From the IMG/VR virus record IMGVR_UViG_3300047462_000172: a DNA stretch of 24,736 bases; one strand, given 5' to 3'. The DNA comes from a virus. The notes below the pieces were generated by a model that made no database searches, was not told the DNA's origin, and was given only the letters and a program-made list of their open reading frames with translations. This document shows, piece by piece, positions 15,298 through 23,482 of the stretch (position 1 is its first letter; each line of letters begins with the position of its first letter). The translations under genes and the position numbers were made by a program.

Positions 15298-15458
15298 TGC
15301 CTGGTCCTTACACATATAGTGATTCCTCAGAAACTCGTCTTGCAGTTTTAAAACTTGCAATCGACTTCCTGAGGGATGACGAGGATACTATCTACAATGT
15401 AGATGATGTTCTTGAAACTGCGAACGAATTCTTGAACTTTGTTTTGAAACCGGAGTAA
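15297..15458 (+). CDS. Small helical hypothetical protein (not in ORF track)
   Basis: TAATG coupling; 53 aa MPGPYTYSDSSETRLAVLKLAIDFLRDDEDTIYNVDDVLETANEFLNFVLKPE. Confidence 0.7.
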   Translation: MPGPYTYSDSSETRLAVLKLAIDFLRDDEDTIYNVDDVLETANEFLNFVLKPE

Positions 15459-15461
15459 AAT

Positions 15462-16538
15462 ATGGTAAAGCCTCTATTTGATACTGCACCACCTGCAGTT
15501 GTAAATCCAGTGATTGTCGACACAGTGAATAGTCAAGTTCCTGCCATCAGTCCTCAATCATCTACAAACCTACCTGCGTTGCTTACGATTGACGATAGTG
15601 CGATCGATAGTTTGGGTGGGCAGTCTCGAATGCAACTTTCTGCACTTTCAACGAAGATGTTGGGGACAGTTCGTGCTTCTGATGCAGATGTATTTGGTCA
15701 GAAACTTAACGAACTTGTTGGTGTTGCAAAAGGAATGAATCCTGCTGAACTCAACAAAGGTGGTGTGATTTCGAAGATTACTCACTTCTTTGGTTCAGCA
15801 AAAGAGAAGATGCTTGCACAGTATCAGACTGTTGAGAAGCGAATGGATGCATTGGTTTCAGAATTGAATAAGAGCATTACTCTTCACACTCAACGCATTA
15901 CAGACCTCGAAGGGATGTATCAGACAAACTATCAATCCCACCAACAACTCGAAGCTGCAGTTGGTCAAGGTAAGCAATTGCTTGCACAACTTGAAGCTGG
16001 TCTACAACAGTTGAAGTCTGCTGGTGCAACTGACTCATTTGCAGCACAACGTATTCAGGATCTTGACCAGAAGGTACAGCGTTTGGAAAAGCGTATCGAC
16101 GACTTGAATCGTGCGATGTTGCTTGCCAAACAGACTGCTCCTGAAATTCGTCTACTTCAGGACAATGCTCGCACTTTGGTAACGAAATTCAAGGATGCTG
16201 AGGAAGTTACGATTCCTGCTTGGAAGAATGCATTTACACTCTATCTTGTACAGATGGAACAGAAGAAAGGTGCAGAACTCTCCAACAATATCGATGATTC
16301 GACAGATGCAGCATTTACAGCACAGGCTGATATGCTACGTTTGAATACAACTGCAATCGCAAAGGCGAAACAACGTTCAGTTGTCAGTATCGATACTCTT
16401 CAACACGTCCAAGAGCAGTTGTTGGGTTCGTTCGATGATCTTCAAAAGATCGAAGCAGAAGGTCGCCAGGCTCGAAAGGATGCAGAACCAAAACTCAAGG
16501 CTCTTGAGCAGGCTCTGATTGATCGATTTGTAAAGTAA
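15462..16538 (+). CDS. telA: Toxic anion resistance protein TelA family
   Basis: 358 aa coiled-coil; YQTVEKRMD, LEKRIDDL, QTAPEIRLLQDNARTLV, TIPAWK; Ter gene context. Confidence 0.85.
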   Translation: MVKPLFDTAPPAVVNPVIVDTVNSQVPAISPQSSTNLPALLTIDDSAIDSLGGQSRMQLSALSTKMLGTVRASDADVFGQKLNELVGVAKGMNPAELNKGGVISKITHFFGSAKEKMLAQYQTVEKRMDALVSELNKSITLHTQRITDLEGMYQTNYQSHQQLEAAVGQGKQLLAQLEAGLQQLKSAGATDSFAAQRIQDLDQKVQRLEKRIDDLNRAMLLAKQTAPEIRLLQDNARTLVTKFKDAEEVTIPAWKNAFTLYLVQMEQKKGAELSNNIDDSTDAAFTAQADMLRLNTTAIAKAKQRSVVSIDTLQHVQEQLLGSFDDLQKIEAEGRQARKDAEPKLKALEQALIDRFVK

Positions 16539-16566
16539 TTAACTCAATTTAACAGGAGATTTCAAT

Positions 16567-17337
16567 ATGTCAATTGTTCTCGAAAAGCGCGCCGAAAAGA
16601 TCGGCATCATTCTTGCAAAGGCTGGTATCGTCAAGGTTCCTCCAGTTCGTGTCGGTCTTGCATTGGACGTTTCAGGTTCAGCTCAAGGTTTGTATACAGG
16701 TGGCATTATTCAGAAGACTGTTGATCGCTTGATCCCAGTCGCGATGAAGTTTGATGACAACGGTGAACTCGATATGTGGTCGTTTGCAAACGGTTTCGAT
16801 CGTTTGGAAAATGCGAGTGCTTCGGACGAAGGTTCGTATGTTCAAGAGCAGATTCTTGAGAATGACGAAATTACGTTGTGGCAAGGTACCGAATATGGTC
16901 CAGTACTCAACGACATGATCAACTTTTGGTTCCCAAAGACAAGTACTGTTCAGCAAGTCGTTGAGGAAACAACTGGATTCTTTGGTAAGTTGTTTGGCAA
17001 GAAGGTTGAAGCTGCACCAGTTGCTCAAACTGCTACGCATGATTCTCATGGTCAATCGGTTGCATTGCCTGCGATGGGTATCTTGATTACAGATGGTGAG
17101 AATTCTGATCGTGCATATGCTGCACAGGTTTTGAAGGCTTCACAAAATGTCAATGTGTACTGGCAGTTGGTTGGTGTTGGCAAGTCAAGTTTCAACTTCC
17201 TTGAACAACAGGCTGATTTGTTGCCAAACGTTGGCTTCGTCAACTTGCATTCGTTGGACATCAGCGATGATGATCTCTACAATGCATTGATTGCGCCAGA
17301 ATTCTTGGAGTGGGTGAAGACTCGCGCACAGGCTTAA
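16567..17337 (+). CDS. vWA domain protein (Ter-associated)
   Basis: MIDAS DVSGS, FDDNGELD, GTEYGP, ITDGEN, YWQLVGVG. Confidence 0.88.
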   Translation: MSIVLEKRAEKIGIILAKAGIVKVPPVRVGLALDVSGSAQGLYTGGIIQKTVDRLIPVAMKFDDNGELDMWSFANGFDRLENASASDEGSYVQEQILENDEITLWQGTEYGPVLNDMINFWFPKTSTVQQVVEETTGFFGKLFGKKVEAAPVAQTATHDSHGQSVALPAMGILITDGENSDRAYAAQVLKASQNVNVYWQLVGVGKSSFNFLEQQADLLPNVGFVNLHSLDISDDDLYNALIAPEFLEWVKTRAQA

Positions 17338-17374
17338 TTGGTATTTTTTAAACGTTCTTAAATAGGAGAAGGAC

Positions 17375-18403
17375 ATGTCCTCATTGAAGCATTATTATGG
17401 TGGTAGTTTCGTCTTCACAGCAGTTGCTGCTCTGTTGGGGTTTCTACTTGGTGGTTGGGCTGGAATGGGGATTGTTCTAATCCTCGGAGTGATGGAAACA
17501 TCTCTATCGTTCGACAATGCGGTGGTTAACTCCACCGTGTTGCGAAATTGGGATGCTGAATGGCGTCATCGATTTTTGACTTGGGGTATGCCAGTTGCAG
17601 TTTTTGGAATGCGATTGGTACTTCCTCTTGTGATCGTTGCAGTGATTGGAATGTTGAATCCAATCGAAGCTGTGAAACTTGCATTTCAGAACCCGCATGA
17701 ATATGCACGTTTGCTTACCTCTGCACATAATGAAATCGCAGCATTTGGTGGTGCGTACTTGTTTATGATTGCATTGAAGTTCTTCTTGGATAGTGATAAG
17801 GATAACAACTGGATTTCGTTTATCGAGACTCCGCTTGTTGCACTTGGCAGTTCCTTGAAGACTGAAATTGCAATTCCTACAATCGTTGCAGTTGTTGTTG
17901 GTGCTACAGCTTACCTCTTGGGTTCAATCAGCTTCTTGGTTGCTGGTCTTGCAGGTATCATTGCCTATGTAGGATTTGATTACTTGGGTGGTCTTGTTCA
18001 GAATGAAGATGGTGGTGCACCAGCTGACTTTGTTAAGCAGGGTCTTGCTGGCTTCTTCTACCTTGAATTGTTGGATGCATCGTTCAGCTTCGATGGTGTG
18101 ATGGGTGCATTCGCTCTCTCTACAAACATCCTTGTGATTGCTCTTGGACTTGGAACTGGTGCGATGTTCGTACGTAGTATGACAATCCACTTGGTCGATA
18201 AGGGTGTGTTAGATGAGTTCAAGTTCTTGGAGAACGGTGCGTTCTACGCAATCGGTACTCTTGCATCGTTGATGTTTGTTGGTGCGTTTATTGAGATCCC
18301 AGAAATTATTACAGGTCTGATTGGTGCAAGCTTCATAGGGGTTGCATTGTTGTCATCGATCCTGTATAATCGCAAGCACGCTAACGATTCTGTTCCTGCT
18401 TAA
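17375..18403 (+). CDS. DUF475/TerC-like integral membrane protein
   Basis: ETSLSFDNAVVN, VFGMRL, YLELLDASFSFDGVMGAFA, LENGAFYAIG; multiple TM helices. Confidence 0.9.
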   Translation: MSSLKHYYGGSFVFTAVAALLGFLLGGWAGMGIVLILGVMETSLSFDNAVVNSTVLRNWDAEWRHRFLTWGMPVAVFGMRLVLPLVIVAVIGMLNPIEAVKLAFQNPHEYARLLTSAHNEIAAFGGAYLFMIALKFFLDSDKDNNWISFIETPLVALGSSLKTEIAIPTIVAVVVGATAYLLGSISFLVAGLAGIIAYVGFDYLGGLVQNEDGGAPADFVKQGLAGFFYLELLDASFSFDGVMGAFALSTNILVIALGLGTGAMFVRSMTIHLVDKGVLDEFKFLENGAFYAIGTLASLMFVGAFIEIPEIITGLIGASFIGVALLSSILYNRKHANDSVPA

Positions 18404-18413
18404 GAGAAAATCG

Positions 18414-18794
18414 ATGATTAAGATTCTAGGAATATTGGTTCTGTTTACTCTGGTCGGCTGTCGTCCATGCGAAACATGCTCGCAGTCGAACGGAGGATTT
18501 GTTGAAGCTTGCACAACTCAACAATACAGCCACGATGGTAGATGCTATGATCATATTGGTTATGTTTATCATTATCGGTACTATATTGGACAAGGTGATG
18601 TTGAAACTAATCAAGTGCCAAAATATTTAACCGAGTTCCCAGAAAGAACCTTACTTCGTTCACTACAGGAATGTGATGACGTAAAGCAAGCAACTCGCGA
18701 TTCGTTGGAAAGCAATAGTAAAGGTGTTTTAGGAACAGGAAGATTTACGTATACAATTTTGTCTGAATCGTGTGATCCGTATTATTTTAATTAA
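18414..18794 (+). CDS. Cys-rich putative lipoprotein
   Basis: MIKILGILVLFTLVGC signal peptide with lipobox; six further Cys. Confidence 0.6.
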   Translation: MIKILGILVLFTLVGCRPCETCSQSNGGFVEACTTQQYSHDGRCYDHIGYVYHYRYYIGQGDVETNQVPKYLTEFPERTLLRSLQECDDVKQATRDSLESNSKGVLGTGRFTYTILSESCDPYYFN

Positions 18795-18803
18795 GGAGTT
18801 TAT

Positions 18804-19403
18804 ATGTCAATCAATCTCGTTAAAGGTGGAAGAATCAATCTCTCGAAGGAATGCCCTTCATTGACGAAGGTCCGAGTTGGTCTTGGTTGGGAGCCAAACG
18901 CAACTGATACAGGTACTGATTTCGATCTTGATGCATCGTTGTTTATTTGCAAGAATGATGCAAATGGCAGCCCAAAGTTGATCGCTGACGAATACTTTGT
19001 ATTCTACGGCAACAAGACTTCGCCTGATGGTGCAGTTGTTCACTCGGGCGATGATCGTACTGGTGGAAACAGTGCAGTTGGTGATGATGAGACAATTCGT
19101 GTTGATCTTACCAAGTTGAATCCTGCTGTTGATGAGCTTTCATTTGTCGTTACGATTTATGAAGAGACGAAGCGCAAGCAGAACTTTGGTCAGGTGAAGA
19201 ACAGCTACATCAAGTTGTATGATGATGCAACTGGTGCAGAGATCGCGAAGTACTCTCTTGAAGATGACTTCTCAACTGAAACTGCTGTTCAGTTCGGTTC
19301 GCTCTACAAGAAGGATGGTGCGTGGTCATTCAAGGCTGTCGGTACAGGCTACAAAAAGGGCTTGGCTGACTTCGTTGTAGCATACGGTGGCAATCTCGCT
19401 TAA
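18804..19403 (+). CDS. terD: TerD family stress protein
   Basis: INLVKGGRINLSK, VGLGW, DFDLDAS, FVFYGN, HSGDDRTG, GDDETI, QNFGQV, WSFKAVG. Confidence 0.93.
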   Translation: MSINLVKGGRINLSKECPSLTKVRVGLGWEPNATDTGTDFDLDASLFICKNDANGSPKLIADEYFVFYGNKTSPDGAVVHSGDDRTGGNSAVGDDETIRVDLTKLNPAVDELSFVVTIYEETKRKQNFGQVKNSYIKLYDDATGAEIAKYSLEDDFSTETAVQFGSLYKKDGAWSFKAVGTGYKKGLADFVVAYGGNLA

Positions 19404-19417
19404 TTGTTGGAGGATGT

Positions 19418-19672
19418 ATGGGTGAGACTTGCGAAATCGCAGAACGAGTGAATTGGGTTAAGGAAAAAGACAGAACCTCTTGGATTTACTACAGAAAAAG
19501 CGATGAACGCAACTGTGGCTATGTTCAACCTGTCTATAGCTCATCTGATTGGTTAGCCAGTGCATATGGTCAGTCTCTTGGTCATTACCGAACCCAACTC
19601 GCAGCAATACGAGCTGTTGAACAGAAGGTTGATCCCGAGATAGTTGCAGCTGTCGCCTTTCCTGTTAAATAA
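19418..19672 (+). CDS. Hypothetical protein
   Basis: 84 aa with GGAGG SD. Confidence 0.7.
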   Translation: MGETCEIAERVNWVKEKDRTSWIYYRKSDERNCGYVQPVYSSSDWLASAYGQSLGHYRTQLAAIRAVEQKVDPEIVAAVAFPVK

Positions 19673-19679
19673 GGAGTAC

Positions 19680-19706
19680 GAGGGGCTACGAAAGTAGCCC
19701 TTCTCT
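19680..19706 (+). terminator. GAAA-tetraloop hairpin (terminator or intra-RBS stem-loop)
   Basis: GAGGGGCTAC-GAAA-GTAGCCCTTC; weak T tail. Confidence 0.55.
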
Positions 19707-19709
19707 ATC

Positions 19710-20540
19710 ATGAGCGGACCTAAACCATTATTTGGACCTGACGATAATAAGACAGTTTCCTTAAACGATGCTCAAATTGAAGTTGCAAAACAGCAACCAG
19801 TAAACATTCCAAAACCATTGGATTTTGGAAGTGCACCTACCATTCAACCAAAGGTAGTACCAAATCCTGGTGCTCTATTTGCAGAGGCAAAACCTTCAGG
19901 TGTCCTCATTAAAGCTACAGAGATTGCAAATGCAAAGTTTTCAGCACTTGGACCAAATTTGGAAAGTGCAATACGTCAGATGAAGCAGTTGCTTCCTCTT
20001 TCAATAACAACGATTGTTCAGTGGGGAGAGCCTGGTGTATCACAAGAAGGTGAGTTAATTACAAAGGCTGCTGGTTTAATTAAAGAGTATTCAGAACTAC
20101 GAGGTGCTGAATGTATTGAAGATGCACTTGCTGCTGCTTCAAACACAAAGACTGGATTCTTTGAGAAACTACGAGGTGGTGGGACAAGTGTTCTTACCTA
20201 CAAGCCATATCTTCAAGTTCTAAAGACACAAATCTCTACACTACTTCCTCAATGTGATGAGTTTGTAGAGAAGATCGAAAAAGCACACAATCGTGTCTCA
20301 ATTAATTTGGCTGCACTTTCTTCTGTTGCAGAAGCAGTTGGAGACATACAGGATTCTTCAATTGCAATGGCTGTTGATAATCGACGACGTATCCTTACCC
20401 AATGTGTACAGCAATGTGAACTAACAACTTTACAATTGAAGCAGGCAAAGACCATAATGGTCCAACAATTCTCTCAAGCAAGCCAGTTGCTTACGATTAC
20501 AATTCCTGCATTTGAGACTGCTCAAGCCCTTAAGAAGTAA
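19710..20540 (+). CDS. Divergent TelA-like helical protein
   Basis: Pro-rich N-terminus with KPLF as in the TelA; GFFEKL; C-terminal LLTITIPAF resembles TelA VTIPAW. Confidence 0.6.
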   Translation: MSGPKPLFGPDDNKTVSLNDAQIEVAKQQPVNIPKPLDFGSAPTIQPKVVPNPGALFAEAKPSGVLIKATEIANAKFSALGPNLESAIRQMKQLLPLSITTIVQWGEPGVSQEGELITKAAGLIKEYSELRGAECIEDALAAASNTKTGFFEKLRGGGTSVLTYKPYLQVLKTQISTLLPQCDEFVEKIEKAHNRVSINLAALSSVAEAVGDIQDSSIAMAVDNRRRILTQCVQQCELTTLQLKQAKTIMVQQFSQASQLLTITIPAFETAQALKK

Positions 20541-20576
20541 GGGTGAGGTTTAAGACCAGACCACCGTTTTTAATTG

Positions 20577-20640
20577 CATAAATATGTTGTAGGATTGACC
20601 TACAACAATCTCTTCAAAAGAAGAATAACAATAGAGAGAT
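20577..20640 (+). promoter_or_regulatory. T4-late-like element followed by a structured leader
   Basis: CATAAATA at 20577-20584, then perfect 9-bp hairpin TGTTGTAGG-ATTGA-CCTACAACA. Confidence 0.5.
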
Positions 20641-20641
20641 C

Positions 20642-21181
20642 ATGTCGAAAAGCTATGAAGATAAGCTTCGAAAAATCTATGAGGTTTGTGAAGATACAGT
20701 AGCTGGATTACTTAAGGCAAATAAGCCATTTGAACGAAAGGTGTTCGAGAATCCATCAAGCTATGCACGTATGTTCGCTAACGATATCCATGATATGCCT
20801 GTGATATGGACTGGGTATGCAAGTGCTGCTGCGGTCCAAAAGAAGATTAAAGACTCCAAGTACAAACCAACCAAAGATCACTTCCATTCACGCCAACGTG
20901 GTGGTCAAAAACTCGTCCGTCTAATGATTAAGTACTTTGGTAAAGGTGAACTACCTCCATTTGCAGAGGTTAAAAAGATCGTAGATAAGTACCGTGAGGT
21001 TCATTATATAACCAGCCAAGAGAATAATAAGCTAAAGCACCTAATGGATGTCCCCTGTACCCACAAACAAGCATACGAACAAGCAAAAATTGAGATCCTA
21101 AAAGCAGAAGACCTCTTTACGAAACGAGGTAGACAAAGTCAAGCATGGAAAGATGCTATGAAAGAGAAGTACAAGAAATAA
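20642..21181 (+). CDS. Basic protein, possible HNH-like (His-Me finger) nuclease
   Basis: TKDHFHSR ... VHYITSQENNKL resembles the DH...EN beta-beta-alpha pattern; the CDS is clear but the function is tentative. Confidence 0.55.
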   Translation: MSKSYEDKLRKIYEVCEDTVAGLLKANKPFERKVFENPSSYARMFANDIHDMPVIWTGYASAAAVQKKIKDSKYKPTKDHFHSRQRGGQKLVRLMIKYFGKGELPPFAEVKKIVDKYREVHYITSQENNKLKHLMDVPCTHKQAYEQAKIEILKAEDLFTKRGRQSQAWKDAMKEKYKK

Positions 21182-21184
21182 CCC

Positions 21185-21224
21185 TTGATAGAATCCCAAG
21201 TTTAGGTATGATCTACGATAAATA
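21185..21224 (+). promoter_or_regulatory. Tandem sigma70-like and late-like promoter elements
   Basis: TTGATA (21185-21190) N16 TATGAT (21207-21212), and GATAAATA (21217-21224). Confidence 0.6.
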
Positions 21225-21239
21225 GATTTGGAGACATTT

Positions 21240-21473
21240 ATGGAACAACTATCATTGTTAGAACGAACAAATCGTATTAATGAAATTGATATGCACATCG
21301 AAAGTGCAGATCAATATATTCAATACCTGAAGCAAGATAATGATTTGGTTGACCAACTTCTAAAATTTCCTCGCACATCTATGGAATCACCAGAATTTAA
21401 GCAGTTGTATAATCAACGCATACAGTTATGGGAAACATATGAAGCTGCACGAAATAACCAACTCACCATCTAA
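21240..21473 (+). CDS. Hypothetical protein
   Basis: ATG 21240 after GGAG. Confidence 0.6.
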   Translation: MEQLSLLERTNRINEIDMHIESADQYIQYLKQDNDLVDQLLKFPRTSMESPEFKQLYNQRIQLWETYEAARNNQLTI

Positions 21474-21675
21474 AGTTCAAATTCTTAAAGGAAAACTTAA
21501 AGAGTTGGACGATGAACACACTAATTATATAAAACGGTGTGATAAATGGGAGCAACAATTTGGAACTCCCTTAGACCCACCTGCTAAGTATCAAAAGAAA
21601 CTCGACGAATATTATGCCAATCGAAAACGATTAATAGATGATATTAATTGGTACGAAGCAATGGGAATAATATAA
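21439..21675 (+). CDS. Hypothetical coiled-coil protein (MKLHEI start, WYEAMGII end)
   Basis: 78 aa; TAATG-coupled to the next gene. Confidence 0.7.
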   Translation: MKLHEITNSPSKVQILKGKLKELDDEHTNYIKRCDKWEQQFGTPLDPPAKYQKKLDEYYANRKRLIDDINWYEAMGII

Positions 21676-21878
21676 TGGCAAAGCAAAAAGAAGTACGGTG
21701 GATTCTTCATCATCAAGGTGCTCCTGATTATTGGAAAGTTCGTGATGATATCTCGGAACTCCTTTCCACAGGTTGGAAAGTTGAAGCAGTTGTTAATCTA
21801 GGAGATAACTGTATTCACTACATTTTTACAAAAACAATAAAACAAATACAAGAGGAAGCAGCAAATGGCGATGTATGA
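21675..21878 (+). CDS. Hypothetical protein
   Basis: ATG 21675 in TAATG overlap; ELLSTGWKVEAV segment. Confidence 0.65.
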   Translation: MAKQKEVRWILHHQGAPDYWKVRDDISELLSTGWKVEAVVNLGDNCIHYIFTKTIKQIQEEAANGDV

Positions 21879-22794
21879 ATGGAGTGAGGTCTTCCTTTCA
21901 ATTGAGGGTGAAGCACGCTACAGTGGGCATCCTACAGTCTATATTAGATTTGCTCGTTGTAATTTTCAATGTGCAAAATTTAACAATCCAAAAAACGAGA
22001 TTGAAGAAGACGGATACGCATCTATTGGTTTTAATCCAAAAGATTATAAAACTATTCATGACATCCCACTTATTACAAAAGGATGCGATAGCCAATATTC
22101 CGTGTCCCCAAAGTTCTCTCATATGTGGCACAAAGGCGACGAAAAAGCTCTCGCTGTAGAAGTACTAAAGGTACTCCCACATAATACTTTTAAAAACCCA
22201 GCAACAAGTAAACGAGTCATTTTATCACTAACTGGAGGTGAACCAACAATCCGACTCAAGTTCTGGGTTCCTATTCTTGAAGAACTGTACCAGCATGGTA
22301 TGCGTACAGTTCTTATTGAAACAAACTGCGCCGCTCCAATGCGAGATAAGGATCTCGATGCATTGTATCGTTGGGCAGCTGAAAAGGATTACACCGGTCC
22401 AGGCAAGATGAAAATTATTTGGAGCAACTCTCCTAAAATTAGTGGCAGTGGGGAAACTTGGAAGGATGCGATTCGTCCAAATATTGCACTTGCACAAACA
22501 AATCCTCTATTCCTTCCAATCTATGGACAATGGGGACCTGTAGCAACCGAACAGTACTTCAAGTTCGTCTGTGGTCCATATGAAAACGATTTCCGTGAAG
22601 TCGAGAATGCAATGGAAGAGTATTATCAAGCTGGCATCTCTCGTGGTGCGGATGTATACATTATGCCGACCGCATGTACAGAAGAACAGCAACAGGAAAT
22701 CTCAGCGAAGGTCGCAGCAATGTGCATGCAACATGGATACATCTATTGTCATAGAATTCAGAATAGCGTGTTTGGAAATGGAGTAGGAACATGA
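21865..22794 (+). CDS. queE: 7-carboxy-7-deazaguanine synthase QueE (radical SAM)
   Basis: EVFLSIEGEA, YIRFARCNFQC...(long insert)...GCDS, LTGGEP, IETN, SPK, KFV. Confidence 0.88.
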   Translation: MAMYEWSEVFLSIEGEARYSGHPTVYIRFARCNFQCAKFNNPKNEIEEDGYASIGFNPKDYKTIHDIPLITKGCDSQYSVSPKFSHMWHKGDEKALAVEVLKVLPHNTFKNPATSKRVILSLTGGEPTIRLKFWVPILEELYQHGMRTVLIETNCAAPMRDKDLDALYRWAAEKDYTGPGKMKIIWSNSPKISGSGETWKDAIRPNIALAQTNPLFLPIYGQWGPVATEQYFKFVCGPYENDFREVENAMEEYYQAGISRGADVYIMPTACTEEQQQEISAKVAAMCMQHGYIYCHRIQNSVFGNGVGT

Positions 22795-23006
22795 TGAGCA
22801 TAATGGGAAAGGTAGATCTGCTAAATGCAGAAATCAAAAAACTTGAAGATCAAATCAGAGTAATTCAAGAGAAGTGCTCGCATCCTGAAGAAGCTGTTGA
22901 TAAAAAGTATCGCTCCAATACTGGAAACTACGATCCAAGTGCTGACTGTTATTGGATTGATTTTAAATGTGGACTATGTCATAAATTTTGGACAAAGGAT
23001 CAGTAA
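22791..23006 (+). CDS. Small coiled-coil plus Zn-binding phage protein
   Basis: CSH...NTGNYDP...CGLC. Confidence 0.7.
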   Translation: MMSIMGKVDLLNAEIKKLEDQIRVIQEKCSHPEEAVDKKYRSNTGNYDPSADCYWIDFKCGLCHKFWTKDQ

Positions 23007-23480
23007 ATGAGTAAAGTAATCCGAGAACTTGCAAGCAATGCTACGAGTATAACTCACGCTATGCTTAATGATGATAATCACGAACAATGGTGGGCAACTT
23101 GGATTCATAATTTTGCTGATCAAATTATTGTACGTGCAGCAACAGCTATTCTTGAGACTACTCCAGAAGAACTCATACAACGTACAAAAATTGTAGAGGC
23201 ATTGAAAGAGTATTTCTATTCTATCGATCCAGACGGACCAAATCCAATTGTCCAGTATGCAATTGAAGCAACAGAATTTTGTGAGAAAGAGTACAAAGAT
23301 TGCTTGGGTTCAACTGCATGGCAATGGGAGGAGTCATATGGACAATTGTTAGTTGAAGGTTGCTTAAATGCAATTTATGGTTGTGATCCAAGTCCTAAAA
23401 TGATTGTTCATGAACCATACCGATCTATTGGTGATGCTGTTTGGGATACTTTCTACAGCGAAGACTTGGGGTATGTGTAA
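23007..23480 (+). CDS. Hypothetical protein with two similar helical segments
   Basis: WIHNFADQIIVRAATAI versus WEESYGQLLVEGCLNAI. Confidence 0.7.
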   Translation: MSKVIRELASNATSITHAMLNDDNHEQWWATWIHNFADQIIVRAATAILETTPEELIQRTKIVEALKEYFYSIDPDGPNPIVQYAIEATEFCEKEYKDCLGSTAWQWEESYGQLLVEGCLNAIYGCDPSPKMIVHEPYRSIGDAVWDTFYSEDLGYV

Positions 23481-23482
23481 AT

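Noticed and set aside
20521-20641. tRNA or riboswitch in the structured intergenic region
   Set aside because: No cloverleaf, TTCGA T-loop or recognisable aptamer consensus such as preQ1 or c-di-GMP; only local hairpins.
21865-22794. NrdG or another radical SAM activase
   Set aside because: The SIEGE N-terminus, Cx3C-long insert-CDS, ETN and SPK motifs and pathway context favour QueE.
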